64,000 nucleotides of DNA from an uncultured Gammaproteobacteria bacterium (GCA_964442455.1 CAYTZB010000001.1:21910-85909), one strand, 5' to 3'. Positions 20,318 through 30,477 are shown, numbered from the stretch's first letter. Numbers and translations: made by a program. Notes: a model not told the origin generated them from the sequence alone.

Positions 20318-21023
20318 TATCCAAGACTATCAAGAGAATGCACTGGAGAATTTGGCACAGGTAGGTAATTATAACGAATGGCTCGTATCCAAATTTGAGA
20401 AGTATTTGGGGGAAAACATTTTAGAGGTAGGTAGTGGATTGGGTAATGTTACTATTAAAGTTAAGGATAAGGGTTTCAGTATTACCCCTACGGATATTAA
20501 CCGCTCTTTTCTTAAACCTTTAAAAAGAATTAACAAAAATGCGTTTTATTTTAATATCATTAATCCAAAACCCCATATAAGGGGTAAATTTGATACGATT
20601 GTCGCTATTAATGTATTGGAACATGTTCGTGATGACATCCGTGCAATTAAAAACATATATAATTTACTTCCTGATAATGGGATGTTTATAGTTCTTGTTC
20701 CCGCTCACAGCATTCTTTTCGGCTCATATGATAGATTAGCCGGTCACCATCAGCGTTATTCAAAAAGTAGTTTTTATAGGAAACTAACAAGCGCAGGTTT
20801 TTTGGTCGAAAGCATAAAATATTACAATAAATTATCAGCTTTAGGTTGGTTTATAAATGCAAGATTATTTAAACGAAAAGGATTTCCAAAATTACAATTA
20901 TCTATTCTTAAATTATTAGTTCCTTTCTTGGATTTTTTTGATAAAATAATCCCTTTTGATTTTGGTATATCAATTATATGTATTGCAAGTAAAAGCAGTG
21001 CTAATTTGAGAAGCGGTGCTTGA
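20307..21023 (+). CDS. Class I SAM-dependent methyltransferase.
   Basis: 'ILEVGSGLGNVT' motif I and 'TIVAINVLEHVRDD...NGMFIVLVPA' motifs II/III. Confidence 0.6.
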   Translation: MKISIQDYQENALENLAQVGNYNEWLVSKFEKYLGENILEVGSGLGNVTIKVKDKGFSITPTDINRSFLKPLKRINKNAFYFNIINPKPHIRGKFDTIVAINVLEHVRDDIRAIKNIYNLLPDNGMFIVLVPAHSILFGSYDRLAGHHQRYSKSSFYRKLTSAGFLVESIKYYNKLSALGWFINARLFKRKGFPKLQLSILKLLVPFLDFFDKIIPFDFGISIICIASKSSANLRSGA

Positions 21024-21708
21024 GTAATACCCAAATACCTACTAAACCGTTCCAAAAGTTAATTTTCTTTCCTTCTGAAAATTTTCTCGGATGGTAACTG
21101 ATAGGCACTTCTGCTATTTTATAACCCCTTTTTAAGAGTTTAACCACAAATTCGATATCCCACTCAAAGCTTTTACTTTTTGCAGATGCATTGTTTAAGC
21201 AATCCCTAGTATATAATTTGTAACAAGTGTATATGTCGGTAATTTTTGCACCGTAAAGAAGGTTAATCAAGTGAGTTGATAGATTTATACCCCAAACATA
21301 TATTATTTCGTCTTTTTTAGAAACGTGCGCATGTCGGGAACCAAAGATTATTTGAACATCTTTTCTTTCTAACCTCTTGAGGAGTTTAAATATGTCATTG
21401 GGGTTGTACTCTAAATCTGCGTCTTGTACTATTACTGCATCCCCGGTAACATACCTTAACGCCGTTTGTATAGCTGCCCCCTTACCATTATTTATTCTGT
21501 GCGAAATAAACTTAATTTTGGGCTTTTTGACTTTTATCAAATTTTGAATTATTTTCTTTGATTTATCAGAAGATCCGTCATCAACAATTATTATCTCCTT
21601 CTGCCACTTTCCTAATTTAGCTCGCATTACCCTCTTTAATAATTCCTCAATAGTATTTTCCTCATTAAAAACTGGTATAATTATTGATAATTTTTGCTTG
21701 GACTTCAT
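21001..21708 (-). CDS. GT2 polyprenyl-phosphate sugar synthase (DPM1/GtrB/ArnC-like).
   Basis: 'LSIIIPVFNEENTIEELL...EIIIVDDGSSDKS' with 'DADLEY' (DXD) and a C-terminal amphipathic region; 235 aa. Confidence 0.7.
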   Translation of the reverse strand: MKSKQKLSIIIPVFNEENTIEELLKRVMRAKLGKWQKEIIIVDDGSSDKSKKIIQNLIKVKKPKIKFISHRINNGKGAAIQTALRYVTGDAVIVQDADLEYNPNDIFKLLKRLERKDVQIIFGSRHAHVSKKDEIIYVWGINLSTHLINLLYGAKITDIYTCYKLYTRDCLNNASAKSKSFEWDIEFVVKLLKRGYKIAEVPISYHPRKFSEGKKINFWNGLVGIWVLLKHRFSN

Positions 21709-21720
21709 GATTACTTTTGT

Positions 21721-21823
21721 GATTATATACCTGTTTAACTTTAATCTGCACCTGCCTAATAATAAAAACAGGTATATACGAATACCTTAAAAGTTGCAAA
21801 TTAAACTAAGATGAGTATATCAC
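21721..21823 (-). promoter_or_regulatory. Conserved ~100-nt intergenic element, copy 2, in inverted orientation. Stem arms lie at 21724-21736 and 21766-21778, with TATAAT on the minus strand at 21722-21727. It sits upstream of the minus-strand GT2 gene and overlaps the start codon of the 21811 gene.
   Basis: The reverse complement of 21767-21823 is 54/57 identical to 16784-16840. A 13-bp perfect inverted repeat tatatacctgttt/aaacaggtatata flanks a 29-nt loop. Stem changes are compensatory relative to copy 1 (C/G to T/A). Confidence 0.55.
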
Positions 21824-24174
21824 TAATTGAACTACTGAATAAAATAGTGGTCTTTGTTAGAGGAAACTTCTTGTTATCACTAATTGTTATTATAGGTTTT
21901 CTTCTTCGTATTATTGGGACAAGTCCGGGTTACTACATGCATGGATATGAAGTTATATATGGGGATGCAGTATCAATGATTTTAAATAAGACGATTGGCT
22001 TAAGTCTTACCAATTTAGCTTATCCCCCTTTAGTATTTTGGATAATGGCAATAGTTTTCTTATTTTTCTTTATCCCCTTGGCGTGGCTTTTATACGCTGT
22101 TTCTCATTTTCCAGACTTTTTGCAATTAGTAGCTGATGGTATCGGTGGGAATATAAATTTTGTGGCGCAGTTAGATCAGATATTTAATAAAGAAATTTTG
22201 GGCACAAGGTATTGGCAAAATGCGATGTACTGGGGAAGATACATAACCGCTCTATTTGGAACGGCTAGTGTTATCCTTGGATATAAAGTTGTAATGGAAT
22301 ACTTTGGGAAAAGAATTATGGCACTGGTCGCAGCATTTATGTTGGCCGTAAATTACCGGCTGGTTATTAACAGCCATATGGGGTTTTTTGATATTTACAA
22401 TGTATTTTTCCTCCTTTTAGCGCTTTTTGCTGTTGGAAGATTAATTAAAAAACCAACAATGCCACGCTACATTTTTGCAGCTGTTTGCGTTGTTCTGTCA
22501 TTCTTAGTTAAGTATCAACCATCTGGCTTTGTAGTATTTGGTATCGCCCATTTACTTGTTGCTATTAAAAAATCAAAAAACAAGCGTCACCCCTTTTTAA
22601 AAAATTTCCTTAGTAAGAATATAATAATGTCCGCCATCATAATAGTTGCTATTTTTCTAATCGCGCACGTTGATTATTTTATGCGATTAGATGAGACGTT
22701 GAGCTGGTCGAAATGGGTATGGCTTGCAAACGAATTCCATAAGTATCAAATGTATCTTTTCCCTCTTTCTTATGTTTATCATACGGGTTTAGGTCCGGTT
22801 CTTACCATAATTTCATTGGGTGGTATTATTATTGGATTTCTCATCAAAAGGCACAGAGAACAAACGATTATACTGGTATCCCCAATTTTGCTGTCTTTCT
22901 ATTTGTTCGCTTATTTTTCGACAGGTGGCTACTATACTTATAATCTTCTGATCCCAATTGCTTTAATGCTTATTTTTGCCGCTTTGTTTTTTGGACAAAT
23001 ATTGGAATGGTCCATCAAAAGCTACAGAAATAAAAGTGCTCGTGTTTTCATAATTGGCTTTTATACATTAGCCTTAGTCCTTGTCCTTAAAGAGCATATT
23101 TACAATAGTGCTCTTAGCACGTACATTCTTGCTCAACCTTCTTACAGGATTGTCGCAGAAGATTGGTTAAATAAAAATATAGAGGGACCTGCTGTATTTG
23201 CTACCCATTCCAGTAATCCAAGCGTGCAAAAAGATAAGGTTCAGATTGCTGAACTCCCTAACTTACCAGAAATATTTGGTTACCGTGAGTTTTTAGAAGA
23301 GAAGTACGATTACGCACTTATAGATTTTTTTAAAATTCAGGAAAAGAATTTTTGGTGGATGCTTTCACCTCCTAGAATGCCCACCCAATTCTGGGATAAA
23401 CCGGATGGTTTGTTATCTCAAAACTATCTTGCATTAGCAACCCGTGAATTATTATGGAATCATACAATAAAAGATTTTATGCTGCCTTGGCAAGCATCTG
23501 GATATAACTATGCGGTAACTCAAATAAAGCCCCCATTAAGTTTTGGTAATGCTGCTCTTATAAAAAGATTTGACTTTGAGGGTAAAGATGACTGGACACC
23601 ACTTTTCTTTCTAGAAAAAGATAAAGATAAGTTATTCTGGTCAGAAGAAGGCAAAAAAATCAAAGGAGCATTAGTTATAAAAAAGGGTAAAGAAGCGGGG
23701 AATAATAAGTGGGTAACAGTTCCCGGAGTTATTCGTTGGGAATCGGATGCTCTGCCGGTTAAACCGGGATTCGGTTATAAAGTTACCGGTTGGATTAAAA
23801 ATAGTGAACATATAGAGAAGAAATTTAGGAATGGATTCTTAAGACTAGATTTCTATTCCGAGAGCAATCGAGGAACAAGCTCTGCTTATCAAGAAAATAA
23901 TGAACCATCGATTACAAACCGCCCAGTTATTAGTTTCGTTTCAACAAGACCTTATGGTGAGAGTCAATGGCATAAAGTAGAAGTACAGGGTATTGCACCG
24001 CAAGAGGCAAATTTTATTAAAATTGGTTTTCAAGCCGATGATTCTGTAGTAACTTTATTTTTGGACGAAGTCGAAATTTATGAGACGCTTGATGAGCAAG
24101 AGGAGATAGACATAGAACACTATATAATACCCGACGAAGATTTTTTCCGACCAAGTGACAGCAGTTTTACATGA
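21811..24174 (+). CDS. Polytopic membrane protein (putative GT-C glycosyltransferase) with a C-terminal beta-sandwich, carbohydrate-binding-like domain.
   Basis: 787 aa. N-terminal TM helix 'FLLSLIVIIGFLLRIIG' and 11 or more further helices. C-terminal ~250 aa is hydrophilic with Trp/Gly/Tyr-rich beta-like segments. The start codon lies inside the conserved element, so the true start may be downstream. Confidence 0.45.
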   Translation: MSISLIELLNKIVVFVRGNFLLSLIVIIGFLLRIIGTSPGYYMHGYEVIYGDAVSMILNKTIGLSLTNLAYPPLVFWIMAIVFLFFFIPLAWLLYAVSHFPDFLQLVADGIGGNINFVAQLDQIFNKEILGTRYWQNAMYWGRYITALFGTASVILGYKVVMEYFGKRIMALVAAFMLAVNYRLVINSHMGFFDIYNVFFLLLALFAVGRLIKKPTMPRYIFAAVCVVLSFLVKYQPSGFVVFGIAHLLVAIKKSKNKRHPFLKNFLSKNIIMSAIIIVAIFLIAHVDYFMRLDETLSWSKWVWLANEFHKYQMYLFPLSYVYHTGLGPVLTIISLGGIIIGFLIKRHREQTIILVSPILLSFYLFAYFSTGGYYTYNLLIPIALMLIFAALFFGQILEWSIKSYRNKSARVFIIGFYTLALVLVLKEHIYNSALSTYILAQPSYRIVAEDWLNKNIEGPAVFATHSSNPSVQKDKVQIAELPNLPEIFGYREFLEEKYDYALIDFFKIQEKNFWWMLSPPRMPTQFWDKPDGLLSQNYLALATRELLWNHTIKDFMLPWQASGYNYAVTQIKPPLSFGNAALIKRFDFEGKDDWTPLFFLEKDKDKLFWSEEGKKIKGALVIKKGKEAGNNKWVTVPGVIRWESDALPVKPGFGYKVTGWIKNSEHIEKKFRNGFLRLDFYSESNRGTSSAYQENNEPSITNRPVISFVSTRPYGESQWHKVEVQGIAPQEANFIKIGFQADDSVVTLFLDEVEIYETLDEQEEIDIEHYIIPDEDFFRPSDSSFT

Positions 24175-24176
24175 AG

Positions 24177-24965
24177 TTAACCGTTCTTCTTAGCAATCAC
24201 AAAAAAATTACGCCCTTCCGGATGAGTTTCTGAAAAATCGATTTTCAGACGACCTAGGACTAATTTGCTTATCTTTATTTTTTTAAGTAGAGATATTCGA
24301 TTCTGCAAAAAGGTAAATGGCATAAAAAATTCATACCAAAACGCAGATTTTGGAGAGACTATAGTACGTGTTTTTTCTAAGGATATCCCTACAGCTTGTA
24401 AATTCCGTTCCCAAGTTTCTAGACTCCAGAGAGTATTAAGCTGTAACATCCTACAGAAAGTGCTTTCGTAGATTTTAGCTAACCCATTTAACCTTAATTT
24501 TTTTAACAATTTTACTCCATAAAACTGTTTTGAGAGAGGAGAATGGGTGGTAAATATTAAAACCCCCCGGGGTTTTAGAATTCGGCTTATTTCCGATAAA
24601 ACACTGGTAAGATTTGGTATGTGCTCGAAAACACTGTTTGAAAATACTGTTTGTACAGACCCGTTGGGTAAAGGAATCTTGTGAGCGTCAGAAACAATGT
24701 AATTTTTATAGGCATTGACTTCTCGCGATTTTTCTATAGCATCTTTTGATATATCTAGACCATAATCCATTTGTCCCATAAACATTAGCTTTGTAAATTT
24801 TCCGTCTCCACATCCTAGGTCAAGAACTGGTTGTTTCAGTGTTGTTCCTGATATAGCTGTTATTTCAGAAGCTCTCCAAATAGTTCCGGAGATCGATGCG
24901 TTGTTAATAAACGCATTAAGCGTTTGTTTTAAAGGGTTAGTTTTGATAGTATTTCTTTTAAACAT
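24177..24965 (-). CDS. Class I SAM-dependent methyltransferase (paralog of 936..1727).
   Basis: 'VLDLGCGDGKFT' and 'QTVFSNSVFEHIPNL...ILKPRGVLIFTT' are nearly identical in motif to the 936..1727 protein. Confidence 0.65.
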   Translation of the reverse strand: MFKRNTIKTNPLKQTLNAFINNASISGTIWRASEITAISGTTLKQPVLDLGCGDGKFTKLMFMGQMDYGLDISKDAIEKSREVNAYKNYIVSDAHKIPLPNGSVQTVFSNSVFEHIPNLTSVLSEISRILKPRGVLIFTTHSPLSKQFYGVKLLKKLRLNGLAKIYESTFCRMLQLNTLWSLETWERNLQAVGISLEKTRTIVSPKSAFWYEFFMPFTFLQNRISLLKKIKISKLVLGRLKIDFSETHPEGRNFFVIAKKNG

Positions 24966-26423
24966 TTAGTTGCATTGCTTTTTCCAAATTTGCCAATCTT
25001 CAAAAGATGTTTTTAAAATATAGCAATTTTTCAGTTCGCTGTCTATGAACTGCACAATATCCGGTCTATTCCAATAGTTGATTAAAGTATTTATGTAGTT
25101 TCTTGAAACAATCCAAAATTCTGGTCTTTTCTCCATTATTTCTTTTTCTATCTGAAACATAGGATTCCATCCGTAAGGCATGCCCTTTGCTGGTCTAGCC
25201 GATGGTAATCTGTCGCTTCTTAGATAAAACAGGGCATCTCCCATAACCATAATTTTTGTATTTTTGGAAGTGTTATTTTTAATCCAGTCAACAGCAGCTT
25301 TCATTGGATCTTTAGAATTGGGGTATAAGTCGTTAGCAATTCTAAAACTTGGGGGGAATTTTATCCTTTCTAAATGCCACGGTAAGATTGAAGTTAATAC
25401 TATAAATAATATGATAAATCCGCCTAATCCAAATATAAGTTTGCTATCACGGGATTTGTCATATGCTATTCCTGCTGTTAAGGCCAGTATAGGTAAAGCA
25501 TAATTTAAATGATGAGGGTGAAAGATGCTAAAAATAACAAAAGGAACAGTAGATAATGAAAGGAGGATTGCATAAACTGATTGATAATTAATTTTGTGGT
25601 TTTTAATCAAAGTCACAAAGTTAATGGCAATTAATACAAGTAATGGGGCGTAAAAGCCCAAGAGTTCCTTAAATGGAAGGGATAATAGGCTATCTTTTTT
25701 ATAATCTGCATAGAGCAAATAATAGGGTACATTGTAATAAAAGAATTCTCCCAAAGCTCCTTTTGAAAAAAAGTATATGGAGATTAATAAAAATGGTAAG
25801 ACTACTCCTGCAATTAGAAAGCTAATAGTTGGGATAGAATTTTTAGCCTGCTTTTTAATAATTTCATATAAAACCAGAATCATTACAAATCCCAAGGTTA
25901 TTGTGGCAATTTGTCCTGAAAGTTGGGTAATTGCAATTAAAATACCAAGGGAGATTACAAGCCGATTATTTACTTTTCTTTCATTGTGAAGTTTGAACAA
26001 TAAGTAAATTATTATTGAAAGGGTAAAGCCGATTAATATTTCGTGGAAAAATAATATTCCGGTTGCGGCATACCAGAAAAAAATAGCAAAAAAAATGAGC
26101 GAGAGTGCTGTTCCCAAAGAAGATAGGAATCTCTTGCCAAACAAATAAATTGTAATTAAGGTTCCAATCCCGAAAGTAAGTCCTACAAAAGGATCAATTT
26201 CGAGATTCCAATTCGAGACAAGGTGAACTGGTAGCAAAATAAGTCTGCCCAAAGGAAAGTGGTAAGCGGCAAAATCTTTGTAGTATATAAGTCCTTGAAC
26301 GGAGAACCAAGTTTCAAGCACCCCTGTAAGCTCTATATAATGTGGCAGAAAAATAAAAATAATAACAAGCCATACTGCGCAAGTGTACAAAGCTATTCTT
26401 CCCATAGTTAATTTTATTCCCAT
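24966..26423 (-). CDS. Polytopic integral membrane protein (putative GT-C-like transferase).
   Basis: 485 aa with 10 or more hydrophobic helices and a ~130-aa hydrophilic C-terminus. Confidence 0.4.
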   Translation of the reverse strand: MGIKLTMGRIALYTCAVWLVIIFIFLPHYIELTGVLETWFSVQGLIYYKDFAAYHFPLGRLILLPVHLVSNWNLEIDPFVGLTFGIGTLITIYLFGKRFLSSLGTALSLIFFAIFFWYAATGILFFHEILIGFTLSIIIYLLFKLHNERKVNNRLVISLGILIAITQLSGQIATITLGFVMILVLYEIIKKQAKNSIPTISFLIAGVVLPFLLISIYFFSKGALGEFFYYNVPYYLLYADYKKDSLLSLPFKELLGFYAPLLVLIAINFVTLIKNHKINYQSVYAILLSLSTVPFVIFSIFHPHHLNYALPILALTAGIAYDKSRDSKLIFGLGGFIILFIVLTSILPWHLERIKFPPSFRIANDLYPNSKDPMKAAVDWIKNNTSKNTKIMVMGDALFYLRSDRLPSARPAKGMPYGWNPMFQIEKEIMEKRPEFWIVSRNYINTLINYWNRPDIVQFIDSELKNCYILKTSFEDWQIWKKQCN

Positions 26424-26468
26424 AATTCACTTCTTTTGTTAATCATTTTAATATATCATACTGAATAA

Positions 26469-27314
26469 ATGAAAATACCAAGCAAAGGATTTTATATTAA
26501 ACACTTAAATAAGTCTGTGCAATATTCTCACTCAAGAGAGTGGAATCTATGGTATGCCAATGTTGCAAGGCATAAGGGTTTAAGGACAGCGAAAATACTT
26601 AGTCTTTATAAAAAAAATACTGCAAAATTACTCGATTTGGGATGTGGTATAGGATTAACCTTAAGCATCATAGCCCAAAAATTTCCAAATAGCATTGGTT
26701 GCGATGTTGATAACCAAGCTATGAAAGCAACAAAAGAAATTTTTACAGAAGTTGGTGTAGATATCCCACTCATCGTCTACAACGGTAAGAAATTACCTTT
26801 TAAAAGTAACACGTTTGATATAGTTACCTTTATAGAGGTTATTGAACATGTTGATAATCCTAGCGGAGTTTTAAGAGAGATAAATAGAGTTTTAAAGAAA
26901 GATGGGATACTTCATATTACTACAGCAAATAAATGGTGGCCATATGAACCCCACTTCAAACTTTTAATGCTTTCATATCTGCCAGAAAAATGGGCTGACA
27001 TTTATGTTCGGTTAAGCGGTAGAGGAAAGGGTTATCACGGCATAAAGCTACCAAGCTACGGTGAGTTTAGAAAAATGTTGAGCGCTTATTTTGAAGTTGA
27101 GGATATTACTCTTGAGATTATTGAGGATTATAGAAAGTATAACTTTGACAAGGAACGCGGCAGTAAAGTTGTTGTGGTCGGTGAGTTCTTAAAATTTCTT
27201 AGAAGACTAGATAATACTCCTTTTGAGACCATATCCAAATTTATACGTGGTGTTCTTCTAAGAGTATCTTTGGGTTGGTTATTTATTGCAAGGCCAAAGG
27301 AAGGGATAAAATGA
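26469..27314 (+). CDS. Class I SAM-dependent methyltransferase.
   Basis: 'LLDLGCGIGLT' and 'FDIVTFIEVIEHVDNP...LKKDGILHITTANKWWPYEPHFKL'. Confidence 0.65.
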   Translation: MKIPSKGFYIKHLNKSVQYSHSREWNLWYANVARHKGLRTAKILSLYKKNTAKLLDLGCGIGLTLSIIAQKFPNSIGCDVDNQAMKATKEIFTEVGVDIPLIVYNGKKLPFKSNTFDIVTFIEVIEHVDNPSGVLREINRVLKKDGILHITTANKWWPYEPHFKLLMLSYLPEKWADIYVRLSGRGKGYHGIKLPSYGEFRKMLSAYFEVEDITLEIIEDYRKYNFDKERGSKVVVVGEFLKFLRRLDNTPFETISKFIRGVLLRVSLGWLFIARPKEGIK

Positions 27315-28087
27315 TTAATGATACTTTTGAACAGCAATACTACAAAACAAGAAACCCTAAATCGAAGAGTAAAAAGGTAATATCCTCGCATGTAAATGAA
27401 ATTTTAAGCGTGGCTAGAACCTATATAAAAAAAACTACGAAAGAAATTGACGTACTTGATGTGGGTTCGGGCCAGGGTGAATACTCATTCGAGCTGGGGA
27501 AAAAAGTTAAAAGCGTTGTCGGAGTCGAGCCTTACAAATCTGCCCATGAAGTTGCGGCAAAAAACTCTATTGGTCATTTAAAAGTTAAGTTCTTTAATAT
27601 ACCGGTAGAAGATTTAAAAATTAATAAGAAATTTGATTTGGTGATTTGCCTAACTGTAATTGAGCATATGCCCGATGCCAAAAAATCATTCAAAAAAATC
27701 TTTAAGTTGTTAAAGAGAGACGGAATTATTTATTTGACTGCCCCCAATAAGTTATGGCCCCTGGAGAGTCATCATAAATTACTATTCTTGTCATGGCTCC
27801 CTTTACCTATTGCTAATTTGTATGTTAAGTTAACCGGCAAAGCTAATTCTTATCAAGATAGTTCTTACTCAAAAACATATTTTGGCACGAGAAAATTTTT
27901 TGATTCTTTTCCTTGTAGATACGAATTTGTATTACCAAAAAATCTTGAAGGGGTATTTATGGGATGTGGAAGTGGAGGGAGGTTTTACAGATTTGTAATG
28001 AAGACGGGAATACTTTTAATACGTAAGTTTTCAGTCTTTTGGCTTTTTTCGAAAGGGTTCATTATAGTTGTTAGAAAGGAGAATTAG
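27311..28087 (+). CDS. Class I SAM-dependent methyltransferase (tandem paralog of 26469..27314).
   Basis: 'VLDVGSGQGEYS' and 'FDLVICLTVIEHMPDA...LKRDGIIYLTAPNKLWPLESHHKL' share the C-terminal motif with the upstream gene. ATGA overlap; the ORF-track start at 27275 is rejected. Confidence 0.65.
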   Translation: MINDTFEQQYYKTRNPKSKSKKVISSHVNEILSVARTYIKKTTKEIDVLDVGSGQGEYSFELGKKVKSVVGVEPYKSAHEVAAKNSIGHLKVKFFNIPVEDLKINKKFDLVICLTVIEHMPDAKKSFKKIFKLLKRDGIIYLTAPNKLWPLESHHKLLFLSWLPLPIANLYVKLTGKANSYQDSSYSKTYFGTRKFFDSFPCRYEFVLPKNLEGVFMGCGSGGRFYRFVMKTGILLIRKFSVFWLFSKGFIIVVRKEN

Positions 28088-28091
28088 TAAT

Positions 28092-29243
28092 TCATTTAGT
28101 CGCAGATCGATAAATTTTAAGGTAAGCATTTGTAACGTTCTCTATACTATAAGAGTTCAGGTTAATGTTTCTTGGCCGTATCTTTGGCTTAACTTTTAAA
28201 ATTTTTTCTATAGCTTTGCTCAGTACATCTGAATTTTTCGGAGGTAAAAGGATGTCTGGGGGTTTTACCAATTCTCTGTTGTTTAATATATCCGTCGTAA
28301 TAAGTGGTGTTTTTGAAGCAAGAACTTCCAAGATACTAATTGGTGGTATTGTGGTGCCATGTCCCGTTCGTTGCGGCAGAATAATTGCATCGCTGGCGGC
28401 AATAACTAGGGGAATATCTGTTTGCCCTTCCAACACTTTTATATGTTTTGCAATTTTCTTTAATTTGTTTATCCATACATTATGACGTCTCGAACCTTTC
28501 CACACAGAGAAAATTGCTACCAGTAGTATCTCTTTTAACCCTGTGTCTATTTTTCTCACAGCATCGAGCAAATCAGATATTCCCTTTTCTTCCGTAAGAG
28601 AGCCGAAGAAAGATATAATTTTCTTGTCTTTTGGAAGACCTAACTTTTCGCGAGCCACTGACTTTTTTGGAACTTTTCTGAAACGCCCCGCATCTATTGT
28701 GGGTGGAACAAAAGAAATTTTTCTAGATTGGATTCCAAGGTTTTTTAAATTATCTATTATTTCCTGCGAAGGAATACAATACATTTGCGAGAAGTTAAAT
28801 AGTTTAAACCAAAAAAACTTTCCTAAAAGTGTATTGTTATAAACACTTAATGTAAAAATTGTTGGAATACCAAACAAGAGTTTAATTACTAAACTTCTGA
28901 TTAAGATAATAGGCGTTGATGAGAATTCATGTATAAGATCGAATTTTTCTTTAAAAAGAAGTTTGACTGTGAAAAATGTTACGAAAAACGGCGTGAGAGC
29001 AAAATGTAGAAGCAGGCTTTTTTTTACAAAAGCCGGCGATTGTAATGAGATGATTCTAACACCATATTGTTTTTCTTGTTTCCTGGTCCATTCTCGCCAC
29101 TGAGGATGGGTATGTTTATAAATTGGATTGATGATGGTAGCCTTAATATTTTTTTTTGACAGCTCAAATATTAAATCTTGAATGAATTCTGTTCCCCAAC
29201 CCGCCGGAGGACCGATGCCGGAGACAAGATATAAAATCTTCAT
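28092..29243 (-). CDS. GT4 (GT-B fold) glycosyltransferase.
   Basis: 'MKILYLVSGIGPPAGWGTEF' N-terminus. The C-terminal domain has an E-x7-E-like region ('ILEVLASKTPLITTD'); 383 aa. Confidence 0.55.
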   Translation of the reverse strand: MKILYLVSGIGPPAGWGTEFIQDLIFELSKKNIKATIINPIYKHTHPQWREWTRKQEKQYGVRIISLQSPAFVKKSLLLHFALTPFFVTFFTVKLLFKEKFDLIHEFSSTPIILIRSLVIKLLFGIPTIFTLSVYNNTLLGKFFWFKLFNFSQMYCIPSQEIIDNLKNLGIQSRKISFVPPTIDAGRFRKVPKKSVAREKLGLPKDKKIISFFGSLTEEKGISDLLDAVRKIDTGLKEILLVAIFSVWKGSRRHNVWINKLKKIAKHIKVLEGQTDIPLVIAASDAIILPQRTGHGTTIPPISILEVLASKTPLITTDILNNRELVKPPDILLPPKNSDVLSKAIEKILKVKPKIRPRNINLNSYSIENVTNAYLKIYRSATK

Positions 29244-29246
29244 AAG

Positions 29247-29822
29247 TTATTTTGTAAAGAAGATTATAATGGACATAAAAAATAGTATGAAAATAATAGG
29301 ATAATTAATGACTTTTAACCAATAAGTACTAACCCGGATTATGCTTGTTAGGCCAAATTCCCTGTAAGATAAAGGAAAAAATGGCGTGACAACGTCAAAG
29401 TAAAAGTTAAAGAATATATGGTATAGGTTGCCTAAAAATACGTATTTGGCAATTTCGCTTCCACCCAAAAAGAAAAAAATGGCATAAGTTATAGCCGAGC
29501 CAAAAAATGAGTGAAACAAAGAGTGGTGGGCAAAAGGCGGTCCAAAGAGGAATGCAAAAAGGTCATCAAAAACTGGTAAGAGAGAGCCAATGATAAATGC
29601 AAAGAGGAAACCGTTAATTGGATATATGCTGTTTGTCGAACCATTTTTGAATAAAGAGGGAAATAGCACTGCAAATGTTAGTATTGTAATAAAAAGAATT
29701 ATCCATCCTGGAATAAACGCTACAGCACCAGGTTTCATATAATGAGCCTTTGGATGCATTGTAAAAACAGGTGGAGCCTTCTTAAACATTTTTTTGTGCC
29801 AAAACAAAAAATTTTGTACCAA
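29247..29822 (-). CDS. Hypothetical integral membrane protein.
   Basis: 191 aa, 5-6 hydrophobic helices, several conserved His and Asp ('FDDLFAFLFGPPFAHHSLFHSFFG'). Confidence 0.35.
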   Translation of the reverse strand: MVQNFLFWHKKMFKKAPPVFTMHPKAHYMKPGAVAFIPGWIILFITILTFAVLFPSLFKNGSTNSIYPINGFLFAFIIGSLLPVFDDLFAFLFGPPFAHHSLFHSFFGSAITYAIFFFLGGSEIAKYVFLGNLYHIFFNFYFDVVTPFFPLSYREFGLTSIIRVSTYWLKVINYPIIFILFFMSIIIFFTK

Positions 29823-30477
29823 TTGGAAGTCTGATTTTTGTTAGAAATTTATCAAAAAAGTTAATAAAATGTGCTCCGGGAAAATTATACACAGTCTCTC
29901 CAAGAACATGTAATGGGACAATTTCTAAGCAGTTAAATCCGTTTTTACTGAGTATTTTAATGATAGAAGGTTTAGTTAAGGCGTAACATGTACCTAAATT
30001 AAATTTAATTAAACTATTTATATTAAGAACATCGAAGATAATAAATCCCTTATTCTTTAAAATTCTATTTACCTCTTTTAGGGCTGGATTTATATCTTTA
30101 AGATGTTTGAAGACATGAAGGCTTACTACTATGTCGATGCAGTTTTTGTCTAGGGCAATTTTGTTTGCTAAGCCAACAATAACTTTAATTTGCCCTTTTT
30201 TAATTTGAGTGGGATAGTTTTCTTTAAGTAGTTTTAACATTGCAGGAGACTGGTCGAATGCATAAATTGTTTTTGGCCTGCTTTTTAAGAACACCCTTAT
30301 CGCTCTACCAGTACCTGCGCCAAGATCAAAGATGGTTTTGTTTGTTGATATTTTGTTGGAAAGCCAGTTTTCGATTATTTCCATTTCATCTTTATTTACA
30401 ATAGCAAGACCTCCCTTGAAACGATTTAAGCTATAGTCTTGTGCTCGTTTTGGTGACTTGTATTCCCCCTTAATCAT
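29782..30477 (-). CDS. Class I SAM-dependent methyltransferase.
   Basis: 'IFDLGAGTGRAI' motif I and 'IDIVVSLHVFKHLKD...LKNKGFIIFDV'. Confidence 0.6.
   Translation of the reverse strand: MIKGEYKSPKRAQDYSLNRFKGGLAIVNKDEMEIIENWLSNKISTNKTIFDLGAGTGRAIRVFLKSRPKTIYAFDQSPAMLKLLKENYPTQIKKGQIKVIVGLANKIALDKNCIDIVVSLHVFKHLKDINPALKEVNRILKNKGFIIFDVLNINSLIKFNLGTCYALTKPSIIKILSKNGFNCLEIVPLHVLGETVYNFPGAHFINFFDKFLTKIRLPIGTKFFVLAQKNV

Noticed and set aside
16784-21823. Interpreting the two inverted conserved elements as ends of an invertible phase-variation switch (fim-like).
   Set aside because: Both copies point inward toward their adjacent genes. Inversion of the 5-kb segment would therefore recreate an equivalent arrangement, and no recombinase gene is nearby. 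I keep this only as an alternative within the main finding.
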